Positions 46,438 through 57,195 of a stretch of DNA of 64,000 nucleotides are shown one piece after another. Position numbers and translations under genes: made by a program. Numbering within the stretch: position 1 is the first letter of the stretch; each line of letters starts with the position of its first letter. The notes under the pieces were generated by a model. It ran no database searches. It was not told the origin of the DNA and worked only from the letters and a program-made list of their open reading frames with translations. Source of the stretch: Nocardiopsis potens DSM 45234 (GTDB taxonomy: Bacteria > Actinomycetota > Actinomycetes > Streptosporangiales > Streptosporangiaceae); NCBI RefSeq assembly GCF_000341105.1, contig NZ_ANBB01000055.1:44539-108538 (forward strand). Reading direction: 5' to 3'.

Positions 46438-49400
46438 TCAGCCCCGCTCCGGGCCCGGGAAGCGGTCCGCGGCGCGTTCGATGGCGGAGTGGACGTCGCC
46501 GACCCGGTCGGCGAGGAGGCCGACCGCGCCGACCGCGCGGGAGAGCGGGTCGTCATCGCCGCCCAGCGCCTTGGCGCGCAGGTGGCCGGCCTTCACCTCG
46601 GCCCACCGCTCCGCCTGCTCCGGGGTGAGGGTGCCGCGCAGCTCGCCCAGTTTGAGCAGGTTGGCCTCGGCGCCGGAGGTGAGGGTCTGCGCCTCGCCGA
46701 GGTAGTGGTCGTCGATCACCGCCTCCAGCTCGGCGTCGTTCATCACCGGCACCACCTTCTCCGCCAGCCGGTTCATGTTCCGGTAGGAGCCCTGCAGCCG
46801 GAACGGCGGCTCGGTGCGGGCGTCGTCGGAGCGCGCCGCGGAGGCGATGTAGGCCCGGTTGACGGCGAGCACCACCTGCTGCACCCGGAGCAGCTTGCCC
46901 AGCACCGCCAGGATCTGCTCCAGCTCCACCTGCGAGTACGGGTGGGAGAGCCGGTCCGGGCGGACCGAGTCGTCCCCGCCGGCCATCCGCACCAGCAGCT
47001 CGATGTCGCCGCGGTCCCGGCCGGACAGCGGCGCCAGCACCGGGTTGGCGGTCAGCGCGTTCTCGATGTAGCTGAGCGCGAACACGTCCTCCTTGCCGGA
47101 GAGCACGTCGCCGAGGTTGTACACGTCGGCCCGGTTGGCCAGCATGTCCGGGATCCGGAACCGCTGCCCCTGCTCGGTGTAGGGGTTGCCCGCCATGCAC
47201 ACCGCGAACCGCTTGCCGCGCAGGTCGTAGGTGCGGGTGCGGCCCTCCCAGACGCCCTCCATCCGGCGCTGGCCGTCGCAGAGCGAGATGAACTTCTGCA
47301 GCAGCTCCGGGTTGGTGTGCTGGACGTCGTCCAGGTAGAGGAGCACGTTGCTCCCCATCTCCAGGGCGAACCCGATCTTCTCCACCTCCTGGCGGGCGGT
47401 GGCGTCCGGCGCGTCCGCCGGGTCCAGCGAGGTCACCGCGTGCCCCAGCGCGGGGCCGTTGACCTTCACGAACACCAGGCCGAGCCGGCTCGCCACGTAC
47501 TCCATCAGGGTGGTCTTGCCGTAGCCGGGCGGGGAGATGAGCAGCAGCAGGCCGTTGTTGTCGGTCCGCTTGCCGTCCCCGGCCGAGCCCAGCTGCTTGG
47601 CCAGGTTGTCGCCGATCAGCGGCAGGTAGGAGTCGTCCAGCAGCCTGTTGCGGACGAAGCCGCTCATCACCTTGGGCGTGTACTCCTCCAGCCGCAGCCG
47701 GGACCGCTCCGCCTCGACCAGTCCGTTGCGGCGGCGCAGGTACTCCCGGAACGCCGGGGCGCGCTCCTCGCGGAACCGCCGGGTGCGCTCCAGGAACTCG
47801 TCCAGCCGCAGCTCCAGCCGGCGCTCCGCGATCCGCGGGTGCGTGCCGAGCAGCCCCTGCACGGTCGCGGACAGCTCGGTGGAGGAGTCGTACTGCTGCA
47901 CCTCGGCCCCGCACAGCTCCACCGCGACCGCCTCCTCCAGCACGTCGGCGGGGGGCGCGGCGCCGTCCAGCGTCGCCGCGTAGCCGCCCAGCCAGGCCGA
48001 GGCGAGCTGGTGCCGCTCGGCCAGACCGCCCAGCGCGGCCAGGTCGGCGGCGAACTCCTTGTGCGCCGCGGACGACGGGCCGCCCAGCGCCGCCCGGAAC
48101 CCCTCCAGCAGCGCGCGGGCCTCCGCGCTGGTGCCGAAGCCCGCCGGGGCCTGGGAGAGCTCCTCGAACAGGTAGCCGCCGGCCGCCGCCGCGGGCGCGT
48201 CCGGCAGCCCCGCCCCGCCGAGGAACGCGCCGATCGCGCCGGCCAGCTCGGCGCGGAGGGCGCCGACCGCCGGCGAGCCGCGCAGCCCGAACGCGTCCCG
48301 GGCCCGGGCCAGCGAGACCGCCCGGGTCCGCCACGGCTCCCGGGCCTCCGGCGCGGCGCCGAACGCCCAGAACAGCCGGGCCGCGGCGCGCGCCCGCGCC
48401 GGGTGCCGGAGCAGCCCGGCGGCGGCCCGCAGCCGCAGCACCTCGCGGAGGATCAGCGCGGCGTCGTGGTCGTGCACGCCGCGCTCGTACCCCTCGTCGT
48501 AGCGGGCCTCGGCGGCGGCGCGCACCAGGGGCGCCAGCGCCCCGCCGTCGCCCAGCGCGGCCTCGGACAGCTCCGCCACCGACGGGCCGTCCGCGCCCGC
48601 CTCGGCGTCCGCCAGGACCGCCGCGGCCAGGTACTCCGACCGGTACACCTCCGGCGACTCCGAGGGCAGCAACTGCTCCCAGAACTCCCGGGTGGCCTGG
48701 AACTCCGGGTCGCGCACCGGCTGCCGGAAGTCGGTGCCGGTCACCGTCACGGCCATCTCGCCCCGGTGCGGCACCATGGTCAGGTCGATCGGCTGGGTGT
48801 TGACCGCGAACCGGTGCCGGCCCAGCCGCAGCGTCTCCCCGCCGTCGTCGTAGAGGTCGATCCGGTCGAGCAGCGCCCGCCCGGCCTCCTGCCGGGCCGC
48901 CTTGACCCGGCCGTCCAGCTCCTCGGCGCGCACCGTGTCGCCCAGGCCGCGCAGCTCCTCGGCGGTCGAGCGGAGCTTGGCCACCATCGGGTCGGAGGCG
49001 AAGTAGGTGTTGACGTCGTCGACCGTCTCCAGGGCCGCGGCGCGGCGGCGCACCCCGGACAGGATCCGCTCGGCCGAGGCGGCCAGCCGGTCGGCCCGGC
49101 GCGCCCGCTCGTCCAGCAGCGCCTGCTTGCGCGCGGACAGCGCCTCGTAGACGTCCTCCCGCTTGGCGGACAGGTCGGTGAGGAAGTCGTCGAACTCGGC
49201 GAACCGCGACTCCAGGTTCTCCAGCCGCAGCATCAGCCGGCCGAGCTGCTCGTCGCAGGCGTCCGGGGTGCCGGCGGCGGCCAGCGCCGCGGTCACCGCC
49301 TGGCCGAGCAGCGCGAACTCGGCGGCGAACTCGGCGCGCCCCTCGGAGTCCATCAGCTCCCGGCGGCGCGCCTGCAGGGCGGCGCGGGCCCGGTTGACCG

Positions 49401-51456
49401 CCCCGGCCACCTCGCCGATCCGCTCCAGCACCGCGGTGCGCACCTGCGCGTCGCCGATGTCCAGGGCGCCGACGACCTCGGTGACCACCTCCAGGCCCTC
49501 GGTCTGCTCGGCCAGCCGGTCGGCCACCGGGGCGGCCCCGGCGACCGAGGAGATCGCCTCCGCCTCGGCGGCCAGCCGCTCCACCTCGACGTGGTAGGCG
49601 GCGAACGCCTCCTCGCCGCGGAGGAACTCCACCGCGCGCCGGCCGGTGGCGTCCAGCTCCTCGTCGAGCAGCCGCTGCAGGCCGTCCACCCGGTCGGCGT
49701 CGACGTGCCGCATCTCGCCGAGGGCCACCGCCCGGCCCTGCGCCCGGCGCAGCTCGGCCAGGAGGCCGACCCAGGCGTCGGCGGAGCCGCCGTCCTCCGC
49801 GCGGGCCCGGCGGACCAGCGCGGCCGCCTCCGCCTCGGCGGCGCCCATCGCCTCGGCCGCCTGCGCGGTCAGCGCCTGGACCTTCTCGAACTCCTCCAGT
49901 ACCTGCCCGGCGGTGGCGCGCACCTCCTGGACCGGGCCGGCCAGGGCGCCCAGCTCCTCCTCGCCGAGCCAGTGGTAGTGGTCGCCGAGCCGCCGGCAGG
50001 CGGCGATGAGCGCCTCGAACACCGCGGTGGACGGCGACATCTCGTCCACCATCCGGGTGACCGACAGGCAGTCGGAGATGCCGCGGACCAGGTCGGCGTT
50101 GCCGATCCGCTCCAGCGGGCCGGTGCCCGCGGGCTGCGCCGCGGCGTGCACGTCGGAGACGAACGGGGTGGCCCACACCTGCAGCGGGTGCACCCGGGTC
50201 GGCTCGTCGCCGGAGCTGCGGAACACCACCAGGGTGCCGTCGTCGAACAGCGAGTACCCGTGGCAGTCGATCGGGTTGGCGACCTCCTTGCGGATCACGT
50301 TGTAGGGCAGCAGCAGGCTGCGCCCCTCCGCGCGCCCGTGGAAGGCGTAGAGCACGTCCTCGCCGTTGGGCGAGCGGATGGTCCGCTCGAACTCCAGGTC
50401 GGCGATGTCGGTGTCGAAGGTCTTCACCGCGCCGGTGGCCAGGTAGCAGCCGCCGGGGAAGATGATGCCCTGGTCCTCGGGGAGCCGCCGGCAGGCCCGG
50501 CCGATCCCGTCGAGCCGGACCACCTCCTTGGTGCGGGTGTTGAACACCAGGTACCGGTGGTCGTCCTCGTTGTAGGGCCGGACCCGGAGCAGGACCAGCG
50601 GCCCCACCTCGGCGTAGTGCACCTCGGCGTCGGCCAGGCTCTGCAGCGGCTCGGCCACCGGCTCGCTGTAGACGCCCTCGCCGACCTCGGTGTTGTTCTC
50701 CACCTTGACGGTCAGGTCGCCGCCGACCGTCTCCACGAACACCTTCCCCCGGACGGAGATGTGCGGGTGGCGGCCGAGGACGTGGTCCTCCCGGGTGGTC
50801 TCGGTCCAGTCGAAGTCGTACGGGGACGGGAAGACGTGGTCCCTGTCGCCCCGGTTGTCCCGGTAGGAGACCTCGCCGCGGGGCGTGACCGACCAGCGCA
50901 GCACCCGGGTGTCGTCGGTGCGCGGCCCGGTCTGGAAGACCGCCAGCAGCCGCCCCTCGACCCGGCGCAGCTGCATCAGCCGGGTGTCCTTGTAGTAGCG
51001 GTACAGCTCGCCGAAGTCGCGGCGGAACCGGTCCTCGTCGAGCAGGCCGGGGAGTTCGCCGTGGCCGGCCTCGGCGAACCGGAACCCGTCGCCGCCGTGC
51101 TCCCGCTCGAAGGCGTGCAGCGCGAACACGTCGCCGACGGTGGTCTCCGGTTTGAGGCCGATGAACACGTTGTAGCCGAACAGCATCAGCCCGCCCACGG
51201 CCACGATGTCCCGCGGCACGCAGTTGTGCTCGGTGCGGATGCGCTCGGTGCCCAGCAGCCGCAGCTTGCTGGAGCCGAACACCTCCAGCCGCCGCTCGTT
51301 CAGCCGCTCGGCGCGCCGGGACAGCTCGGCCGCCTGCTCGGCGAGGCGGCCGCGGAGGACCTCGTAGGTCCCGGCGTCGAGCTCGGAGGCCGGGCCGGAA
51401 CCGGGGGCGGGGCCCTCCGCCGCGGCGGAGGGCCCGTCGGTCTGCACGTCGGTCAC
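46438..51456 (-). CDS. Very large (1672 aa) protein with a C-terminal AAA+ ATPase core; function unknown, coupled to the flotillin operon
   Basis: Single uninterrupted ORF. Walker A LLLLISPPGYGKTTLMEY, Walker B LLYLDDVQH, and sensor-1-like CMAGNP near residues 1270-1420. The first ~1250 aa are alpha-rich with no motif I can assign. Start is 7 nt downstream of the flotillin stop. Confidence 0.7.
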   Translation of the reverse strand: MTDVQTDGPSAAAEGPAPGSGPASELDAGTYEVLRGRLAEQAAELSRRAERLNERRLEVFGSSKLRLLGTERIRTEHNCVPRDIVAVGGLMLFGYNVFIGLKPETTVGDVFALHAFEREHGGDGFRFAEAGHGELPGLLDEDRFRRDFGELYRYYKDTRLMQLRRVEGRLLAVFQTGPRTDDTRVLRWSVTPRGEVSYRDNRGDRDHVFPSPYDFDWTETTREDHVLGRHPHISVRGKVFVETVGGDLTVKVENNTEVGEGVYSEPVAEPLQSLADAEVHYAEVGPLVLLRVRPYNEDDHRYLVFNTRTKEVVRLDGIGRACRRLPEDQGIIFPGGCYLATGAVKTFDTDIADLEFERTIRSPNGEDVLYAFHGRAEGRSLLLPYNVIRKEVANPIDCHGYSLFDDGTLVVFRSSGDEPTRVHPLQVWATPFVSDVHAAAQPAGTGPLERIGNADLVRGISDCLSVTRMVDEMSPSTAVFEALIAACRRLGDHYHWLGEEELGALAGPVQEVRATAGQVLEEFEKVQALTAQAAEAMGAAEAEAAALVRRARAEDGGSADAWVGLLAELRRAQGRAVALGEMRHVDADRVDGLQRLLDEELDATGRRAVEFLRGEEAFAAYHVEVERLAAEAEAISSVAGAAPVADRLAEQTEGLEVVTEVVGALDIGDAQVRTAVLERIGEVAGAVNRARAALQARRRELMDSEGRAEFAAEFALLGQAVTAALAAAGTPDACDEQLGRLMLRLENLESRFAEFDDFLTDLSAKREDVYEALSARKQALLDERARRADRLAASAERILSGVRRRAAALETVDDVNTYFASDPMVAKLRSTAEELRGLGDTVRAEELDGRVKAARQEAGRALLDRIDLYDDGGETLRLGRHRFAVNTQPIDLTMVPHRGEMAVTVTGTDFRQPVRDPEFQATREFWEQLLPSESPEVYRSEYLAAAVLADAEAGADGPSVAELSEAALGDGGALAPLVRAAAEARYDEGYERGVHDHDAALILREVLRLRAAAGLLRHPARARAAARLFWAFGAAPEAREPWRTRAVSLARARDAFGLRGSPAVGALRAELAGAIGAFLGGAGLPDAPAAAAGGYLFEELSQAPAGFGTSAEARALLEGFRAALGGPSSAAHKEFAADLAALGGLAERHQLASAWLGGYAATLDGAAPPADVLEEAVAVELCGAEVQQYDSSTELSATVQGLLGTHPRIAERRLELRLDEFLERTRRFREERAPAFREYLRRRNGLVEAERSRLRLEEYTPKVMSGFVRNRLLDDSYLPLIGDNLAKQLGSAGDGKRTDNNGLLLLISPPGYGKTTLMEYVASRLGLVFVKVNGPALGHAVTSLDPADAPDATARQEVEKIGFALEMGSNVLLYLDDVQHTNPELLQKFISLCDGQRRMEGVWEGRTRTYDLRGKRFAVCMAGNPYTEQGQRFRIPDMLANRADVYNLGDVLSGKEDVFALSYIENALTANPVLAPLSGRDRGDIELLVRMAGGDDSVRPDRLSHPYSQVELEQILAVLGKLLRVQQVVLAVNRAYIASAARSDDARTEPPFRLQGSYRNMNRLAEKVVPVMNDAELEAVIDDHYLGEAQTLTSGAEANLLKLGELRGTLTPEQAERWAEVKAGHLRAKALGGDDDPLSRAVGAVGLLADRVGDVHSAIERAADRFPGPERG

Positions 51457-51463
51457 GCGCCGA

Positions 51464-53482
51464 TCACCGCTTCGCGCCGTCGAGGGCGGCCAGCGCGGCC
51501 ACGCTGTGGTCGGCGACGCCCAGCTCGCGGGCGGTGTCCAGGAGCCGCTGCAGCTTGTCCGACTCCGGCGAGCCGCCCCGGATCAGCTTGACCAGCAGCG
51601 CGGAGACGGTGAGGTTCTTCAGGTCGGCGGTGTCCACCGAGCCGAGCAGCCGGGACAGGTCGGCGGTGAAGTCGGACTCGCCGTTCAGCCACGGGCCGGC
51701 CAGGTTCTGCGCGACCTCGGAGTTGCCGACGAAGCCGTCCACCGCCTTGCCCAGCCCGATCGAGTTGACCATCCGGTCGAAGAACATGCCGTCGCCGCCG
51801 ACGATGTTGATGTCGGCGTTCTCCAGGCCGGTGGCGAGCACCGTGGCCTGCGCCTCGGCGACCTGCCGGTGCACGTCGATGCCGGCCAGGCGGACCTCCT
51901 TCTCCGCCTCCAGGCGCAGCCGGTACTCCTCGTGCTCCCGGCTGACCTGGTCCAGCGCGGCCATCGCGCCGGCCTTGTCGTTCAGGCCCTCCGCCTCGGC
52001 CTTGAGCTTCGCGGCGATGGCCTCGGCCTCGATCGCGGCCTTCTCCCGGGCGACGGTGTTCTCCGCGCGGCCGACCTTCTCCACCGCGGCGGCGTCGGAC
52101 TCGCGCACCTGGACGGCGGCCAGGCCCTCCGCGGCGGCCTCGGCCTGCTTGCCCTCGGCCAGCCGGATCTGGGAACGGGCGTCCAGGTCGGCGGCCTGCT
52201 GCCGGGCCTCGGCCAGGGTGAGCTCCTCGGCGGCGCGGTGCTTGGCCGCCTCCTCCGCGGCCTCGGCGGCCTTGATGTCCTTGACCAGGTTCTCCTGCGC
52301 CTCGGCCTCGGCCTTGATGACGATGGCCTGGCGCTCCCGCTCGGCCTCCTCGACCGCGCGCAGCCGCTTGATCGCCTCCTCCTGCTCGGCCACGGTCCTG
52401 TCCACCGCGACCCGCTCCCGGATGACGTCGGCGACCTCGCGCTTCTCCGCCTCGACCTCCTTGTCCTTGGCGATCGTGGAGAGCTGCACCTCGCGGTCGC
52501 GGGCGACGACCTCCAGCAGCCGGTCCTTCTCGATCCGCTCCGACTCCACCGCGATGACGCGCTCGCGGTTCTTCTCCGCGACGGCGATCTCGCGCTGCTG
52601 GTTCTCCCGCTGCACGCCGAGCTGCTCCTCGGTGCGGAGCTGGGCGGCGCGCGCCTTGAGCGTCTCCTCGGCCTGGACCCGCTGGGTCTCGGCCTCCTCG
52701 CGGGCCTGGATCGTCTCGATCTCGCGCTTGGCGCGGGCCTTCGCCTCGGCCTCCTGGCGCTCCAGCTCGGCCAGGGTCTCGGCGGTCTCGGTGTCGCTCC
52801 GCTTGATCTCCTTGTCGCGCTCGTTCTCCAGCTCGTTGGTGCGCCGGTGCTGGAGGGCGGTGCGCTCGGTGATCTTGGTGATGCCCTCGGCGTCGAGGAT
52901 GTTGTTCGGGTCGTGCTGGTCCAGCGGGGTCTGCTTGAGGTCGGCGATGGCCGCGTCCTCCAGGACGTAGCCGTACAGGTCGTTGCCGATGACCTCGACG
53001 ATCCGGTCGCGGAACTCCTTGCGCTGGGTGTAGAGGTCCTCGAAGTCGAAGTACTTGCCGACGGTCTTCAGCGCCTCCTCGAACTTGGCGTCGAAGAGGT
53101 CCTGCAGCTTCTCCTGGCTGCTGGCGTTCTCCACGCCGATGTTCTTGGCGACCCGCAGGATGTCGGTCTTCTCCGGGTTGACGCGGATGAAGAACTTGAT
53201 CCGGATGTCGGCGAGGATGTTGTCCTTGCAGGTCAGAGCGTTCCTTCCGGAGCGCTCCAGCAGGATGGACTTCTGCGAGATGTCCATCAGCTCGGCCTTG
53301 TGCAGCACCGGGAGGACGACCGCGCCGGTCAGCGTCACGTCGACATCGCGGACCTTGGAGATGATGAGCGCCTCACCCTGCTTCACCTTGCGGAACAGGC
53401 GGATGAGGATGATCGGGAGCACGATCGCGATGAGGACGAGGGCGGCGATGAGCACACCGCCGGCGATGCCGATGGCTTCCAT
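51464..53482 (-). CDS. Flotillin-family SPFH-domain protein (FloT-like) with a long Ala/Glu-rich coiled coil
   Basis: N-terminal TM helix then SPFH domain (ALIISKVRDVDVTL..., ADIRIKFFIRVNPEK) and extended EA-repeat coiled coil. 672 aa. Confidence 0.9.
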   Translation of the reverse strand: MEAIGIAGGVLIAALVLIAIVLPIILIRLFRKVKQGEALIISKVRDVDVTLTGAVVLPVLHKAELMDISQKSILLERSGRNALTCKDNILADIRIKFFIRVNPEKTDILRVAKNIGVENASSQEKLQDLFDAKFEEALKTVGKYFDFEDLYTQRKEFRDRIVEVIGNDLYGYVLEDAAIADLKQTPLDQHDPNNILDAEGITKITERTALQHRRTNELENERDKEIKRSDTETAETLAELERQEAEAKARAKREIETIQAREEAETQRVQAEETLKARAAQLRTEEQLGVQRENQQREIAVAEKNRERVIAVESERIEKDRLLEVVARDREVQLSTIAKDKEVEAEKREVADVIRERVAVDRTVAEQEEAIKRLRAVEEAERERQAIVIKAEAEAQENLVKDIKAAEAAEEAAKHRAAEELTLAEARQQAADLDARSQIRLAEGKQAEAAAEGLAAVQVRESDAAAVEKVGRAENTVAREKAAIEAEAIAAKLKAEAEGLNDKAGAMAALDQVSREHEEYRLRLEAEKEVRLAGIDVHRQVAEAQATVLATGLENADINIVGGDGMFFDRMVNSIGLGKAVDGFVGNSEVAQNLAGPWLNGESDFTADLSRLLGSVDTADLKNLTVSALLVKLIRGGSPESDKLQRLLDTARELGVADHSVAALAALDGAKR

Positions 53483-53670
53483 ACGGGGCTGGTCTCCCTA
53501 CCTGCCGAGGGGATGAGTGCGGCGGGCCGCGGATCCGGTGCGGGAGCGAGCGGCGGGGCGGGCCCCGGGGCCGCTCTGCTCGGTTCCGACCCACCGGGTG
53601 CGACGCGGCCGGGCACCCCCCGGTTCCGCGTCCCGCCTGGCCGCAAGCGGCCTCGGGGGAACCAGGGGGC

Positions 53671-54318
53671 TCAGGATTCCCCGGGGTCCAGGGCCGGATC
53701 GAACCGGGAGACGCGGAAGAAGCCGGCCTTGGCGTCGTGGTCGAAGATCAGCGCGGTGTCGCCGGAGGCGAGCGGCTCGTCGTCGATCGTGCGCACCTGG
53801 ATGAGCATGGTCGAGCCGTCCCCGGAGACCACCTCGGCCTGCCCGAACTCGCGGTCCACCCGCAGGGTGCGCACGGTGCAGGTGCGCCCGACCAGCTCGC
53901 CGGAGGTGCGCGCCGCCCGCACGCCGGGGAGGAATCTGCGCACCCCCATGACGATGCCGCTGGTCACGCCCCAGGCCAGGGTGGCGGCGATGATCAGGGC
54001 GAGGATGCCGAGGACGATGAGGACCGGGGTGGACAGCGACCCCGCGAGGGAATCGATCACGACGTTCCCAACCAGGCTGAAGAACCAGGCCAGCGCGATG
54101 AGCAGGGACAGGGAGACGGTGGCCGGCACTCCGCGGAGCCCGACGGCGCCGAGCAGCGCGGCCGGGCCGGGCCCGTCGCCGTCCCCGGCGTCGGAGTCGA
54201 GCAGGCCGACGTCGAGCGCGCCGAGCAGCGCCAGCACCCAGTAGACCAGTACGGCCGCCATGGCGAAGGAGAACAGGGCCGTGGGGAACCCCAGTGCCGC
54301 GTCGAGGAACTCGCCCAT
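53671..54318 (-). CDS. NfeD-like/YqiJ-like membrane protein (flotillin-associated)
   Basis: Three to four TM helices followed by a C-terminal OB-fold-like soluble beta domain (TCTVRTLRVDREFGQAEVVSGDGSTMLIQVRT). Genomic position immediately upstream of flotillin. Confidence 0.65.
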   Translation of the reverse strand: MGEFLDAALGFPTALFSFAMAAVLVYWVLALLGALDVGLLDSDAGDGDGPGPAALLGAVGLRGVPATVSLSLLIALAWFFSLVGNVVIDSLAGSLSTPVLIVLGILALIIAATLAWGVTSGIVMGVRRFLPGVRAARTSGELVGRTCTVRTLRVDREFGQAEVVSGDGSTMLIQVRTIDDEPLASGDTALIFDHDAKAGFFRVSRFDPALDPGES

Positions 54319-54388
54319 GCTCCGCCCCGCCGCTCCCTCCGGCTTCCGGCGCACCGCCCGGTGCGGGCGGTGCGGATGCCCGACGACC

Positions 54389-55366
54389 TTATAGGAGGCC
54401 CTCCTGCCGGGCCGAAGCCGCCCCGTCCGCTGACCGGAACCGGCCGCGGGACGGCCGGCCGGGCCGGGCCGGGCGGCGCCCCCGGGGACCCTCCCGGCCG
54501 CCGCCCCGGGCGGGGAGGCGGCCGTCCGGCACCGACATCAGCGCGATGCCGTAGGCGGCGAGCATCCCGCACAGCACCGCGATCCCGGCGCCGGTCCACC
54601 CGGCGGTGTAGGACTCGCCCATGAAGGCGACGCCGACCGCGGAGGCGGCGACCGGGTTGGCGACGGCGGTGACGCCGAGCGGGGCGCCCAGCTCCATGCC
54701 CTGGTAGGCGGCCTGCGCCAGGAGCAGGCCGAGGACCGCGATCGCCGCGGTGCCGCACGCGGCGGGGTGCAGCAGGAACGCGGCGCCGTCGGCGGCCGCC
54801 ACCGCGATGGCGGTCTTGGTGGTCGCCGAGGCCACCCCGAATGCGGTCCCCGCGCCGGCCCCGAGCAGGCAGCTGCGCATTCGGAGGGAGGACGCCCGCC
54901 CCGCGGCCCAGGCGAGGCCGCTGATCAGCACCAGGGCCCCGACCACCACGGCCGCCGAGGTCCAGGCGTCCATCGGCCGGCTCCGGCCCCCGGTCACCGC
55001 CGCCCACAGCAGCAGCGCCAGCGCCAGCACGGTGAGCACCGCGCCGCGCCACTCCCGGGGCGTGACCCGCCGCCCGCCGAGCCGCGCCGACCACGGCAGA
55101 CCGAACACCAGGACCAGGACGCCGAGCGGCTGCACCACGGTCAGCGGCGCGAAGGCCAGCGCCGCCACCTGCAGCCCGGCCCGCCCCGCGTTGAGCACGG
55201 CCGAGGTCCACCACAGCGGGTGCCGCAGCAGCCGCGACAGCGGCCGCCCGCCGGTCAGCGGCTCGGGCAGCGCGACGGCCAGCCGCCGCTGCGCCACGGC
55301 CGCGGCGCTGTAGCAGGCCGTGGAGAGCACGCCCAGCACGATCCCGATCCAGATCCCGATCTCCAT
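54389..55366 (-). CDS. Integral membrane protein (about 10 TM), hypothetical
   Basis: 325-aa highly hydrophobic ORF. Ends 70 bp upstream of the NfeD-like gene on the same strand. Confidence 0.5.
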   Translation of the reverse strand: MEIGIWIGIVLGVLSTACYSAAAVAQRRLAVALPEPLTGGRPLSRLLRHPLWWTSAVLNAGRAGLQVAALAFAPLTVVQPLGVLVLVFGLPWSARLGGRRVTPREWRGAVLTVLALALLLWAAVTGGRSRPMDAWTSAAVVVGALVLISGLAWAAGRASSLRMRSCLLGAGAGTAFGVASATTKTAIAVAAADGAAFLLHPAACGTAAIAVLGLLLAQAAYQGMELGAPLGVTAVANPVAASAVGVAFMGESYTAGWTGAGIAVLCGMLAAYGIALMSVPDGRLPARGGGREGPRGRRPARPGRPSRGRFRSADGAASARQEGLL

Positions 55367-55597
55367 GCCCCCGACCCTCCCGGGGCGAGACGTCCGCTGT
55401 CGTCCCCCTTCGGGCGTCTTCGGCGTACGTCAGGCGTCGTATGACCGGCCTCACACACCGGGCCCGGCCGGTGCGGGCGCGGCCGGCCGGAGGCCGCCGG
55501 AGCGGTCCGCACGCGCCTCCCGCGGCGGCGCTCCGCACCGCGACCGTACCCCGGAACGGGGCCGCCATGAAGAGGGGACCGCAGGTCGGCGCGGTGG

Positions 55598-55627
55598 TCT
55601 GCCGGGAGCAGATCTCCCCCCGGCAGA
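55598..55627. promoter_or_regulatory. Inverted repeat TCTGCCGGG-N12-CCCGGCAGA ~95 bp upstream of clpP; candidate ClgR/PopR-type operator
   Basis: Seen directly in the sequence, upstream of the clpP start codon at 55721. Confidence 0.35.
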
Positions 55628-55720
55628 AACCGTGGCATCGGGGGGCGCGGCCGCCGCAGGGTGGGAGGACCGGACGCGGTGGGCGGGTGCCCGCCGCAGG
55701 GCCGGGGCGAGGAGGAGCAC

Positions 55721-56409
55721 ATGCTTGCGGACACACTGCGGGCGACCGCGGAGGCCGGCCCGGTCGGCGGCATCGACGACCAGATCGCGACGCGGCTGCT
55801 GCACGGCCGGATCGTGCTGCTCGGCGCGGCCGTGGACGACGCGGTCGCCAACCGGGTGAGCGGGCAGCTGATGCTGCTCGCGGAGGAGGACCCCAAGCGG
55901 GACATCATCCTGCTGATCAACAGCCCGGGCGGGTCGGTCACCGCCGGGATGGCCATCTACGACACCATGCGGTTCATCCCCAACGACGTGGCCACCCTGG
56001 TCATGGGGTCGGCCTACAGCATGGGCCAGTTCCTGCTCTGCGTGGGCGCGGCGGGCAAGCGGTACAGCCTGCCGCACGCGCGGATCATGATGCACCAGCC
56101 CTCCGGCGGGCTGGCCGGGACCGCGGCCGACATCGCCATCCAGGCGGAGAACCTGGCCTACACCAAGAAGACCATGCAGCGGCTGATCGCCGAGCACACC
56201 GGCCAGAGCCTGGAGCGGGTCGCCGAGGACCAGCGGCGGGACCGCTGGTTCACCCCGGAGCAGGCCGAGGAGTACGGCTTCATCGACAAGGTGGTGGAGA
56301 GCGTCGCCGACATCGGCGGGGACACCGCGCGCCGGTTCGGCTTCGGCGCCCCGGGCGGCGTCGGCATGGCGGTGCGGCAGGCGGCGGACGCGAAGGGAGC
56401 GGGCGAATG
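55721..56409 (+). CDS. clpP: ATP-dependent Clp protease proteolytic subunit (ClpP paralog, first of a tandem pair)
   Basis: ClpP fold with Ser (GSAYSMGQ), His (MMHQPSGG) and Asp residues. RBS GAGGAGGAG. Stop overlaps the next start (ATGA). Confidence 0.9.
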
Positions 56410-57015
56410 AGCACCTACACCGTGCCCACCGTGGTGGAGCGGCGGCCGGACGGGGAGCGCGCCTACGACGTGTTCTCCCGGCTGCTCGCGGAGCGGATCA
56501 TCTTCATCGGCACCCCGATCGACGACGGGGTGGCCAACGTGGTGATGGCCCAGCTGCTCCACCTGGACCACGAGAACCCGGAGCGGGACGTCCAGCTCTA
56601 CATCAACTCGCCGGGCGGCTCGAACACCGCGCTGACCGCCATCTACGACACCATGCAGTACGTCCGCTCCGACGTGGCCACGGTGTGCATGGGGCAGGCG
56701 GCCTCGGCCGCCGCGGTGCTGCTCGCGGCGGGCGCGCCGGGCAAGCGCGCCGCGCTCCCGCACGCCCGGGTCCTGCTCCACCAGCCCTCCACCGAGGGCC
56801 AGGGCGAGGCCGCCGACCTGGAGATCCAGGCCGCGGAGATCCTCCGGGTCCGGTCCCAGATCGAGGACATCCTCGCCCGGCACACCGGCCAGAGCACCGA
56901 GCGGCTGCGCGAGGACACCGACCGGGACAAGATCTTCACCGCCGCCCAGGCCGAGGAGTACGGCCTGATCGACGGGATCATCGAGGCCCGCTCCCCGGCG
57001 GCCCGCGCCGCCTGA
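56407..57015 (+). CDS. clpP: ATP-dependent Clp protease proteolytic subunit (second ClpP of the pair)
   Basis: [24 protein letters not shown]. Classic clpP1P2-like (or clpP3P4-like) bicistron. Confidence 0.9.
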   Translation: MSTYTVPTVVERRPDGERAYDVFSRLLAERIIFIGTPIDDGVANVVMAQLLHLDHENPERDVQLYINSPGGSNTALTAIYDTMQYVRSDVATVCMGQAASAAAVLLAAGAPGKRAALPHARVLLHQPSTEGQGEAADLEIQAAEILRVRSQIEDILARHTGQSTERLREDTDRDKIFTAAQAEEYGLIDGIIEARSPAARAA

Positions 57016-57195
57016 CCCGAGTCCCGCACCGCCCCGCCCGCGGGCCCCCTCCCCGCGGGCGGGGCGGTGCGCGCGGTCCCGGGCGTTCTGCCGTGCGCAG
57101 AACGGGGCGGCACCCCATGGCGGGGGAGGGGGCCCGGAACTATCGTCGGGGGGACGACGGACCCGAGCACCGCGCCGAGCACAGCGGAGGCACCC

